This document shows positions 37,586 to 48,848 of a stretch of 64,000 bases of DNA, one piece after another; positions within the stretch are counted from its first letter, which is position 1, and each line of letters begins with the position of its first letter. The notes below the pieces were generated by a model. That model was not told the origin of the DNA. It worked only from the letters and a program-made list of their open reading frames with translations, and did not search any database. The DNA comes from Camelus ferus. Its lineage: Eukaryota. The stretch is from contig NC_045707.1 in assembly GCF_009834535.1 (NCBI RefSeq), positions 53,136,001-53,200,000 of the forward strand. Reading direction: 5' to 3'. The position numbers and the translations under genes were made by a program.

Positions 37586-40500
37586 ACCTACCTGAGCTTT
37601 CTTGGAGGCTGACACCTTGCTTGGATCATTAGCACCAACCTAGCCCCACCCAACAGCCTGTAGGGAAGCCTCAGGCCAAACAACGCACTGGGTGGGAACG
37701 CAGCCCCACCCATCAGCAGACCTCCTGAGCCACAAAGGCCTCTAGACACGGCCCCACCCACCAGAGGCCCAGGACCAGGCCTCACCCAGCAGTGAGCAGG
37801 CACCAGCTCCTCCTGCCAGGAAACCTGCATAAGCCTCTAGTCCAGCCTCACCCACCAGGGGCAGGTACCAGAAATAAGACAACAATCCTGAAGCCTGTGG
37901 GAGGAATCCACAAACAGGCCAGACTCTACACTGGGACCAGCTGGATCCTGGCCCTTGGGTGACAAGACAGCAGTGTACTGCTGGGACGCACAGGACGTCT
38001 CCCACAGAGGGCCACCTCTCCAAGGTCAAGAAACGTAACCTACCTGAAAATACAAATAGAAGGACAGATAATATAAGGTGGCAGAGGAATGTCTTCCAGG
38101 CCAAGGCACAAGATAAAATCCCAGAAGAAATAAGTGATGAGGAGATAGGCAACTTATCTGAGAAAGAGTTTAAAGTAATGATGGCAAAGGTGTTCACAGA
38201 ACTCAAGAGGAGTATAGATGCACAGAGCGAAGTTTTTAGCAAAGAGTTGGAAAATATAAAGAATATCCAAACAGAGTTGAAAAATAAAATTACTGAAATG
38301 AGTAACACACTAGAAGGAACCAAGAATAGACTAAACTTACAACCAAGAGTACTCTAATCCAGCAAGGCTTTCATTCAGATTTGATGGAGAAATCAAAAAC
38401 TTCACAGATAAACAAAAACTAAAGAATTCAGCACCTCCAAACTAGCTTTACAACGCATGTTAAAGGAACTTCTCTAGTCATCAAAACACAAGGAAAGAGA
38501 ACAAAAAGAAGAGGAAAAAGAAAAAAAGACCTACAAAAACAAAACCAAAACAATTAACAAAATGGAAATAAGAACATATGTATCAATTACCTTAAATGTA
38601 AACGGATTAAATGCTCCAACCAAGACACAGTCTGGCTGAATGGATATAAAAACAAGACCCATATATATGCTGTCTGCAAGAGACCCACTCCAGAGCTAGA
38701 GACACCTGCAGGCTGAAAATGAGGGGAATGGAGACAGATAAGCCATGCAAAAGGAAACCAAAAAAAGCTGGAGTAGCAATACTTGTATCAGACAGAGCAG
38801 ACTTTAAAGACTGCTACAGGAGACAAAGGACACTACGTAATGCTCAAGGGATCAATCCAAGAAGAGGATGTAGTAACTGTAAATACATATGCATGCAATG
38901 TGGGAGCCCCTCAATACATGAGGCAACTGTGAACAGACATAAAAGGATAAATCCACAATAGCACAGTAATTGTGGCGGACCCTAACACCCCACTTACATC
39001 AGTGGACAGATCACCCAGACAGAGTCAGTCAGGAAACACAGGCCCTAAACGGCACATCAGAGCAGACGGACCTGACTGATGTCTACACAGCACTCCATCT
39101 GAAAGCAGCAGAACACACGTTCTCCTCAAGGAAGGTGCCCGTGGAACATCCTCCAGAATCGACCACATGCTGGCACACAAAGCAAGCCTCAGGAAATTTA
39201 AGAAAACTGAAATCACACCAAGCATCTTTGCTGAGCACAAGGCTATAAGGTTAAAAGTCAACTACAAGAAAAAACCTGGAAACACCTGGAGGCTAAGCAG
39301 TATGCTGTTGAGCAACCAGTGGATCACGAAAGAAATCAAAGAGGAAATAAAAAAGTACTTTCAGACAAATGAAAACACAACAGTCCAAAACCTCTGGGAC
39401 ACAGCAAAAGCAGTTCTCAGAGGGAAGTTTATAGCGACACAAGCCTACCTCAGGAAACAAGAAAAATCTCAGGTAAACCACCGAATCTCACAGCTAAAGC
39501 TGCTGGAGAAAGAAGAACAAGCAGAACCCAGAGTTAGAAGAAAAGAAATAAAGATTAGAGCAGAAATAAACAAAATAGGGACTGAAAAAAAACTAGAAAA
39601 GACCAATGAAACTGGAAGCTGGATCTTTGAAAAAATAAATAAAATTGATAAATTTTAGTCAGACCCATCAAGAAAAAAGGGAAGGGGCCCAAATTAGTAA
39701 AATCAGAAATGGAAAAGGAGACGTTACAACCGACAGCACAGAAATACAAGGATCATGAGAGGCTGTGTGAGCAACTGTACGCCAACAGAAAGGACAACAT
39801 AGAAGAAATGGACAATTTCTTAGAAAGGCACAATTTGCCAAGACTGAACCAGGAAGAAATAGAAACTATGAACAGACCAGTCACCAGCACTGAAGTTGAA
39901 TCCGTAATTTAAAAACTCCCAACAGACGAAAGTCCAGGACAGATGGCTTCACAGGGGAACTCTGCCAAACGTTTAGAGAAGAGTTAACACCTGTCCCTCT
40001 AACACTATTCCCAAAAACTGCAGAGGAAGGAACACTTCCAAACTCCTTCTATGAGGCCAACATCACCCTGATACCAAAACCAGACAAAGATATCACAAAA
40101 AAGAAAATTACAGGCCAATATCACTGATGAATATAGATGCAGAAATCCTCAACAAAATACTAGCACATCGACTCCAGCAATGCATTAAAAGGGTCACACA
40201 CCCTGATCATGTGGGGTTTACCCCAGGGGTGCAGGGAGTTTTCCGTATCTGCAAATCAATCAGTGTGATACACATTAACAGACTGAAGAATAAAAACCAT
40301 ATGATCATCTAAATAGATGCAGAGAAAGCTTTTGATAAAATTCAACTCCATTTATGATTAGAATTCTCTAGAAAGTGGGCATAGACAGAACATACTTCAA
40401 CGTAATAAAGGCCACATACGACAAACCCACAGTTAACATCATACTTAATGGGGAAAAGCTGGAAGCATTTCCTCTAAGATCTGGAACAAGACAAGGATGC

Positions 40501-42380
40501 CAACTCTCACCACTGTGATTCAACATAGTTTTGGAAGTCTTAGTCACAGCAATCAGAGAAGGAAAATTAAAAAAAAAGGAATCCAAATTGGAAAAGAAGA
40601 AGTAAAACAGTCACTGTTTGCAGATGACATGATATTATACTTAAAAAAACCCAAAAGAAGTGACCAGAAAGCCACTAGAACTCATCAATGAATTCGGTAA
40701 AGTTGCAGGATGCAAAATTAATATACAGAAATCAGCTGCATTTCTATATGCCAACAGCAAAATAGCAGAAAAAGAAATTCAGGAAACAATACCATACACC
40801 ATTTACCATCACACCAAAAAGAATAAAATACCTAGGAACAAACCTACCCAAGGAGGCAAAGACCTACCTGCCCTCCTAAACTATAAGACCCTGATGGAGG
40901 AGACTGAGGACAACACAAACAGATGGAAAAATACACTGTGCTCTTGGATTGGGAGAATCAACACTGTTGAAATGACCATGCTACCAAGGCAGTCTGCAGG
41001 TTCAGTGCAATCCCTATCAAATTAGCAATGGCATTTTTCACAGAACTGGAACAATAAAAGTTAAAAATTTATACGGAAACACAAAAGACCCCAAATAGCC
41101 AACACAGTCTTGAAAAAGAAGAACAGAACTGGGGGAATCATGCTCCCTGACTTCAGACTCTACTACAAAGCTACAGTAATCAAAGCAGTCTGGTACTAGC
41201 ACAAAAACTGACCCACAGCTCAATGGAATAGGATAGAAAGTCCAGAAATAAACCCACACACTTAAGGTCAATTAATCTACAACAAAGGAGGGAAGAATAT
41301 ACAATGGAGAAATTGAAGACAGTCTCTTCAGTAAGTGGTGCTGGGAAAATTGAACAGCTACCTGTAGAAGACAAATTAGAACAATCTGCAACACCATGTA
41401 CAAAAATAAACTCAAAAAGATTTAAACATAAGACCAGATACTGTTAAACTCCTAGAGGAAAACACAGACAGAACACTCTTGGACATAAAGCACAGCAATA
41501 TATTTTTTGAACCACCTCCTGGAAAAACAGAAATAAAAGTAAAAATAAACAAATGGGATCTAATTAAACGTACAAGTTTTTGCACAGCTAGGATACCATC
41601 AAAAAAAGAAAAAACCACCTACAGAATGGGAGAAAATATTTGCAAATGACGCGACCGACAAGGGACTAATTTACAAAATATGCAAACAGCTTATACACCT
41701 TAATATCAAAAACAAACAAACAAACAAGCAACCAAGTGAAAGCTGGGCAGAAGGACCTAAACAAGCAATTCTCCAATGAAGACGTACAGATGGCCAGTAG
41801 GCACATGAAAAAATGCTCGGCATTGCTAATTGTCGGAGAAACGCAAATCAAAACTACAATGAGGGATCACCTCACACCAGCCAGAATGGCCATCATTCAA
41901 AAGTCTACAATGGATAAATGCTGGAGAGGGTGTGGAGAACAGGGAACCCTCCTATACTATTGGTGGGAATGTAGTTTGGTGTAGCCATTGTGGAAAACAG
42001 TATGGAGATTCCTCAAAAAACTAAAAATAGACTTACTATATGATCCAGCAATCCCACCACTCCTGGGCACATATCCAGAGAAGAATGTAATTCAAAAAGA
42101 CCCCTGCACCCCAGTGTTCATAGCAGCACCATTTACAATAGCCAAGACATGGAAACAACATAAATGTCCATCAACAGATGACTGAAGAAGATGTGGTATG
42201 TACACAGTGGAACACTACTAAGCCATAAAAAATAAAATAATGCCATTTGCAGCAACATGGATGGACCTGGAGATCATTCTAAGAGAAGTGGGCCGGAAGG
42301 AGAAAGAAAAATGCCATATGGTATCACTTGTATGTGGAATCTAAAATAAATAATAAATAAATAAGAACACAAATGAACTC
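37586..42380 (+). mobile_element. Long dead L1: partial 5' UTR, internally deleted ORF1 (~38075-38477), frameshifted ORF2 (38562-~42185), truncated 3' UTR
   Basis: ORF1-like EEIGNLSEKEFKVMMAKV; ORF2 pieces [62 protein letters not shown] spread over several frames. Confidence 0.95.
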
Positions 42381-44520
42381 CTTACTACCTATAACTTTAT
42401 TGATTTCTTGAATGTGTGTGAGCACACCTGACTGTCCTTTATGGTTGGATCACTGCATTCTGTTGATTCTTATTTTGTGGTTGGCTTTATTCCTTGATAA
42501 CTACGTAAGTTTAAAAAGCTAAAGCTCTAAACTGTTCTTAGAAACAATAAACAGTACATATGTGTAAATAAAAATGTCTGCAGTATATGGTATATATGTA
42601 TTTACATGCAATATATTGTATATGTTCAGTCATACTGTAACAATTCTACTTAATAAAGATGAAGAATGAAAAAAATAGCAAAATCCATTTTCCTAATTAA
42701 GTTTAATCTAATCTCAGCCTGACCAGGCACAGAGCTTCTCTGTTAGGGCTCCCTTTCTACAAACTTTCCACAACTTTCTGTGTCCATATTAGTCTGTTCC
42801 TTATTTTTTCTCCATCCAGAAACAGGCAGCTCTAGGACCACGTCATTTTTTTCCCTTAAAAAAAATACAACTCCAGTCCTCATACCTTTTTTTTTTTTTC
42901 ACTCAAAACACATATTCCACTTTCCTACTATATACTGAAGTGTTCCCCCATCATTTTTAGTAGCTTCAATTACATATTTAATTAGAATCCTCAATTCTTA
43001 AAGATCCCCACCTCCAGTGAATGTTTCCGTATGTTGTTTTGTTTGAGAAGGACCTAGCTATTCAAGTATTCAGTAAACTTCTATCCCTTAACTTAATTTA
43101 GCACAACCCTAAAATTTCAAGTTGTCAAATATCTGGAAAGATCATTTTTAAGTAGACATTGCTAAAACATAATGATTCCCAAAGATTTCACCCAAAGCTC
43201 TTATCCTGTTTGCATTCACCTATAAGAATTTCATCATACCAATTCATTTCTTTGACGAACTCTGCAACAGAACCAGCGTGAACTTACTGACCTTCAGTAA
43301 ACCTACGTACAGTAGAGACATGTCTGTACTGATTGTGCTGACAGCTTAAGCTAGCTTTAATAGCAAGTAGCAGTTCAGTACTGAATATTTTCCAGATCTC
43401 ATGAACCCAAAATTTGTTGTCTGATTTCTTTTATACTTAAAAGTGCTTACAAATTTAAATACTTCTAAATGAATTAAATAGAGCTCATGTACAAGTTAGG
43501 TTTTGGGGGGTTTTTTTGTTTTTACAGAAAGACAGAACCAAAGATGTCAAGATTTTCCCCTGAATTAAAAAAAAAAAAAAAAAACACAACTTTTTTTCCC
43601 TCCCTGAGAGCCCAGGTAGATTACCTGCATCTCGCAAGAGAAATGCAAGCTCCTCCTGAGAAATGCAAGCTTTTACAAAACCCAACCACCTTGGCTGTTT
43701 TCAGGGATTTTTTTTTTCCTAGTTCCCAAATACCCACTTCAGCTTAAAGAAGTAACAGTCATAGACGATTGTATATAATTCGTTCCCATTCACATGCCTT
43801 ACTTTCAGCGAAGTCAGGGAAAGAGAACAGGGTTTGGACTCAGGTGCTGAGGAACACACACCCCCCGAAGAAAAAAGCCAAACTGCCCCAGGCCCACTCT
43901 GATGCAACAGCAGGGCCCCTGTGCTCCAGACTCCAGGGAGTTCTAGTCCACACAATGTTGCAAAAATATCATTTTCTTTCATTTACGGGAGCATACCTGA
44001 AGCTCCCAGTTTTGTAAAATACACCCTCGGGGACTGTAAGATGGAACAGAGCTCTGATCATCCATACTTAAGTATTCACGGCCGAGGTTATCAGATATCA
44101 AGCAAACAACCATCCAAAACAGTCTCTCAGGGTCACAGTTCCCTACCCCAAAAGGGGGGAACCCCAGCCAGTGCCCCATCAGAGATGAGGCTGAATGAAA
44201 GACCAAGGCCAGAAAGGAAAACTGCCAACCGAGGCTCTGCCCCAGGTGAGGCCAGCGCGATGGGGCGGATTCCTGGTGTGCTCACACGCCAGCCCCCTTA
44301 CTCAGACATCTCAGCCCACCAGCACAAGTTCTGACACACACGTGCAAACAGACATGGCCCCACAAACCAAAGATCAGAAGTGTAGCCCCAAAACTCCACT
44401 TCGTCTCCCAAACGGAGGCCTCCAGAGTGGCCTGGCTTCCGAAAAAAACGGACCCAGGGCGGCTCCCCGTGAGCCCGGAGCCGCTCACTCCTGGGAGGGA
44501 ACGAGCCCAGGTGGGGCGGG

Positions 44521-44994
44521 TGTTCCCGGAGGCAAGCCCATGTGCCCGCCGCACCCTGAGGCCAAACTGAACCGTCGGAGTTTGGAGCAGAGAAAGATTT
44601 ACTGCAGGGCTGAGCGAGGAGGACACGGTGATTCATGCCCCAGAAAATCCCGACCTCCCGGAAGGGTTTCAGCAAAGCCTATTTAAAGGCAGGAGGCGGG
44701 GTGGGGCGGGGAGTCGCAGGCACGCGATCCGCTGTGCGCAGTTCTCTGGTGGGCTGATGTGGAGGTAAGGTGGGCGACAGCAGTCAACACTGTTAACCCC
44801 CAGGCTCCAGAAGGTCTGGGGCCACGTGTTCTCCACCATCAAGTAGTTCATTCCTTCCCTTTGGTGGTGGGTCTAAGCATCTGAAAAACTCAGGGAAAGA
44901 GCATGAGATACTGGTATCTGGTCCTTCAGAGCGGAGCTGCAGCAGAGGACATAGGCTGAGCCTGGAAGGCCCCACAGGGCCCCACTCGGGCACG
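44521..44994 (-). mobile_element. Solo LTR of the same ERV family nested in the proviral leader
   Basis: Starts TGTTCCC, colinear with the other two LTR copies; flanks CGGG / CAGG. Confidence 0.8.
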
Positions 44995-45434
44995 CAGGCA
45001 GAACTTCCCACCCTGCACAGGCCAGAGGGGCTCACCCCAAAACGGTGCACACAAACGGCAGATAAGCCCCGGTTACACAGTCAGAGGAGGTGGCGTCTAG
45101 AACTGCACTCCCAGACAGAGGCCTCCCCGCAGAGGGGCCAGGGCAGCCCCCTTCCCAGGGGAGCGAGCCCGGACGCAATGGGGAGACTCCCAGCCTGTGT
45201 GAGCAGGAGTCCAGGAGCCACGCACCCCTCAGCCACAGTGAGTGTGGACACAGCTCCCGACAACAGCCTGGGGGTGGGGGCACAGCGCCCGGCAGGGAGA
45301 GTCTTCCCCACCCCACCCCCTCCCCGGTTCCCGGCGCGAAGTGAGCTCCGCAGCTGCTGGGACGCGGGGAAGGGGCGGCCCAGGCCAGGTCGGCCTGCTC
45401 AGGCGCGGACTCCAGGCTAAAACTTCGCTAAAAC

Positions 45435-45891
45435 TGTCACTGAACGCAAGTTCATGTGCCTGACACACTGTGAGGTCAAAAAACACCAAAACGTCCAAGT
45501 TTGGAGCAGAAGAAGGTTTGCTGCTGGGCCGAGCAAGGAGGACAGGTGGCTCATGCTCAGAAAACCCCGAACTCCCCAAGGGTTTCCGCTGAGCCTTTTT
45601 AAAGGCGGCTGAGGGTGGGTTGGGGGGGGGATGTCCCAGGGCAGGGGATCAGCTGTGCACAATTCTCCGGTTGATGATGATCCATCCTTAGGAGCCAGGT
45701 CTCGTGGCCACGTGCTCATGGTCATTAAGTAGTTAACTTCTTCCCTTTGGTGGTGGTTTTGAGCATCTGAAAACCTCAGGAAGCTTGCGTGAGATTCTAT
45801 AATCTGGCTCCTTCAGAGAGGAGCTGCAGAAGAGGATACAGGGTGGGGGGTGTCTGTCCCGGGAGGCCCCTCAGGGTCCTGCTCAGTTACA
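45435..45891 (-). mobile_element. ERV 5' LTR
   Basis: TGTCACTGA...TCAGTTACA inverted termini; followed on the minus strand by a PBS-like sequence. Confidence 0.85.
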
Positions 45892-46199
45892 GGCCCAACC
45901 CAGGTCAGCGAGGACCTTACTGACCACTGAGCTGTCGTGATGAAATAATAATTGTCTTTAGCCCTGAGCTTTGGGATGCTTTGCTCCCCGCAGCAGGTAA
46001 AAGGCACTTACAAACTCCGGGGGAAGCAGCCACCCACGCGTTTCCCCGGTGATCTCACTGTAACCTCCTGCTGGGGACATGGTCCAGCCACCCCATTTGG
46101 GCAGCACAGTCCCCAGACAGGACAGCGCAACCAGAACCATGTCCACCCCCCCACCCAAAAGAATTCACACTAACAGCCTGTTGCTCTCCCTCGTATTTG

Positions 46200-46319
46200 T
46201 TTATTGAAACTGTAAAATATAATAAGTTATAAAAACAGAATTAGACACAAGTATTGCTGATTAAGACGTCGCTGGCCAAGGGCACAGCTTAGCCTGGGGC
46301 TTTTCTAAATGTTTTTATT
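46200..46319 (-). terminator. Two candidate EDAR polyadenylation signals (AATAAA on minus strand at 46314-46319 and 46200-46205)
   Basis: TTTATT twice on + strand in an AT-rich patch ~1.9-2.0 kb downstream of the EDAR stop. Confidence 0.65.
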
Positions 46320-48188
46320 ACAGCAAAACCATGGAACGTTGTCCCCGGTGGGACGGGCAGGGCGGAGCCCCGTCTCTGCTCAGTGATGCCCCGTGGTCTC
46401 ACTGACCCGCCTTCCACCACGCAGGCTAGAGCTCACCAGAACAAACCTTTCCTGGATTTGTTTCCAAACAAGTAAATGACAAAGGAACATGTGACTCTGA
46501 GGACAAACCCCCTACACAGGCAGCTTGAGTCCCCAAAACAGGCCTGACGCCAGCAAGACCCCCAGCCCTAAATTCTGACAGCGGGAAACCAGGCCGCCCC
46601 TGCCCCTGCCCCTGTCGTCCAGGGCAGCCGCTCACCCGTGCAATGCTTGCAGCCTCCCTGGGGCGGCTGCAGAAAGCAGGGCACCCAGGATGCCAGAGAG
46701 GAATTAAAAGCGGGTCAAGTTGTGCTGTGGAGAATTCAGCCTTCAGGTCACAGCACACAGGCAGGGCAGCAGTGAGCACACTGAGTGCGGACTCCACCAT
46801 TCAGACCTGTCAGGATGTCTGCGTTCCCCAGTGCCAAGTCGCTTGCTGCTCTAAACACACACTGATTTCCTCTCCAAAAGCATTTGCTGGGTCGCTTGAG
46901 TTATCATTTTAAAAACACTGCTTTGTAAGCCGGAGACTGGTTTAATTTAGAAACAACCGCACTCAGGCCTGCCGTGGGGGCTCAGCAGAGAGCTCTGAGT
47001 TACCCCGTTAATTCCCAGTCTCGGGCGGTGGCAGATGTGAGAGAATTTGCAGGAACAAGTCCCGACCATTAACTTTCTCTCTAAACGGGGGACGAACACT
47101 CGCAGTTACGGTGAAAACTCAATTCTGCATTCTTCTGTTTTCATTCCCGTTTCACCTGATGGCTCGGGCGGCATGCACGTCGACGGGGGCAGCCCCGCAG
47201 AGGCCTGGTGTTTCCTCCAGCCCCAACTCACTTTCGCTGGCCCGAACCTTCCTTCCCTGACTCTGCGTGGCAGATGCGCTGGGCTGGCTAGGGGAAGGGA
47301 ACGGCCCACGTTGGCAAAGCCACACCAGGTCCCGGATGCCGGTCCCCACAGTCCCCATGGGCTCGGAAGGCGCCACACAGTGCATCCATGTCTGAGGCCC
47401 TCTGGAGACCTGGAGTCACGTGGCCAGCCCCTCGGCTGACCGCTCATTTCTGCTTGAAGCAAACGGCCCATGTCCCTGAGCACTGCTGCCCTCATGGGGT
47501 CAAGTCCGACTGAGGACAGAGTGGAAGGCCGTCCAGGGACCCTGGTTCCCAGCCCGGGCCACGCACAGCAGTGAGGTCGGCCACAGCCCACAGACAGCAC
47601 ACAAGGCAGATGCAGAGGGGCTGTCGTTCCGTGGAAGGCCAGAGGGACACAGGTGACCTCAGGGACACCTAGGACTCAGACGTGAGCAGAGCCAGACGCC
47701 ACACACGCAGCAGGTTCTGCATTTTGTAGCCTTTTCCCAACTTTGGAGCCGCTTTCTTCACGAGGACACCCGGCTCCCTTCGTCCCCCGTGGGCGCCATC
47801 TCCTCTCCGAGCCGTGCTCACGTTTCCAGGACCTCCCTCCCACGGGTTGTGTGCCGTCTTCCAGAAAAGCAGCTCCAGGCATGTCTCTGTGTCTCCCCAA
47901 AACCTGGACCAGATCTCCACCTCTGTCCCCTGACACTGCTCGGGCATGTGGGGTGGGGACTAGCCGTGTCCGCGGAGAAGGAGTGGCAGGGCAGCCAGAC
48001 GAACACAGACTCCCTCTGCCTGGTGACCCCAGCGCACATCTCCTGGGTTTGGTTAGACAGGAAGACAGGCCCCAGTTTCCTCTTGCTCCCTGGACCAGGC
48101 TTGCCAGCGGAGAAAGCCCGATTCTGGGGTCTGCGGACACCGCTCCCGCTGCAGAGCCCGCCTCCATCCCGGCCCATCCACGCGCTCC

Positions 48189-48511
48189 TCAGGACACAGG
48201 GGGTGGGGGCGGTGTGGGTGGCAGGACCCTGGCCCACTCCAGGATGTCTGCGCACAGGGACTCCACAGCATCCAGCCGCTCGATCTGCACCAGCTTGGTC
48301 AGCAGCTCCGGGATGCTGTAGCCGGCCGTGCTGATGCGGTCGAACAGCTGCAGGCCGTCCGTCATGCCCCCGATCTCGTCCCGCTTCAGCCCGAAGCTCT
48401 CGGCCAGGTGGCGCCACGTCTTCACCACCGCCTTCTCCGAGTTGTACGTGGAGCTGAGCATCCGGCTGGCCTTCTCCAGGCAGTCGAACGGCAGCTCCGT
48501 GGGGCTGAGGC
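48189..48511 (-). CDS. EDAR: EDAR exon 12 coding part (death domain, stop TGA)
   Basis: cccgcAG|GC CTC...; [106 protein letters not shown], the EDAR death domain. Confidence 0.97.
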
Positions 48512-48722
48512 CTGCGGGACAGAGGACCACATCAGACCACAGCAGGAGTGTGACCGCAGCAGGAATGTGACCCCAGTGAAAATGACTTCTAGAACCTCTT
48601 TCATTGTAAAGTAAAACACAGATGCACAAAACCACACAAGTACACACTTAAGGCGAACAAATCCTGGGACCTTGCCAGCCACACAAGAAGGCTCTCATTT
48701 CCCTCAACCAATAGCCCCTACT

Positions 48723-48848
48723 GGGGGAGGCATGTGCTCAGGGGTAGAGCATGTGCCTAGCGTGCACGAGGCCCTGGGCTCAATCCCCGGTGCCTCCACT
48801 ACATAAATAAATAAATCTAATTACCCCCCCTTAAAAACAACAACAAAA
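48723..48848 (+). mobile_element. tRNA-derived SINE, camelid vic-1 type
   Basis: GGGGGAGGCATGTGCTCAGGGGTAGAGCATGTGCCTAGCGTGCACGAGGCCCTGGGCTCAATCCCCGGTGCCTCC...TAAATAAATAAATCTAATTACCCCCCC plus A-rich tail. Confidence 0.8.

Larger units (their letters stand above)
34696..45891 (-). mobile_element. Decayed class I (gamma-type env) endogenous retrovirus with nested insertions
   Basis: Related LTRs at both ends, PBS-like 45408-45430, splice-donor-like GA|GTAAGG ~44301, env TM remnant 35470-36060, PPT-like AAAACTAGGGGGT 35149-35161. Confidence 0.75.

Noticed and set aside
37959..42185. Active L1 or domesticated reverse transcriptase
   Set aside because: ORF1 is deleted and frameshifted and ORF2 is broken across many frames.
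48512..48647. N-terminal extension of the death-domain ORF (MCTCVVLC...)
   Set aside because: Lies in intron 11; the acceptor at 48512-48514 joins exon 11 in frame.
48723..48796. tRNA-Ala gene
   Set aside because: Degenerate stems and a SINE-type tail; it is a tRNA-derived SINE.
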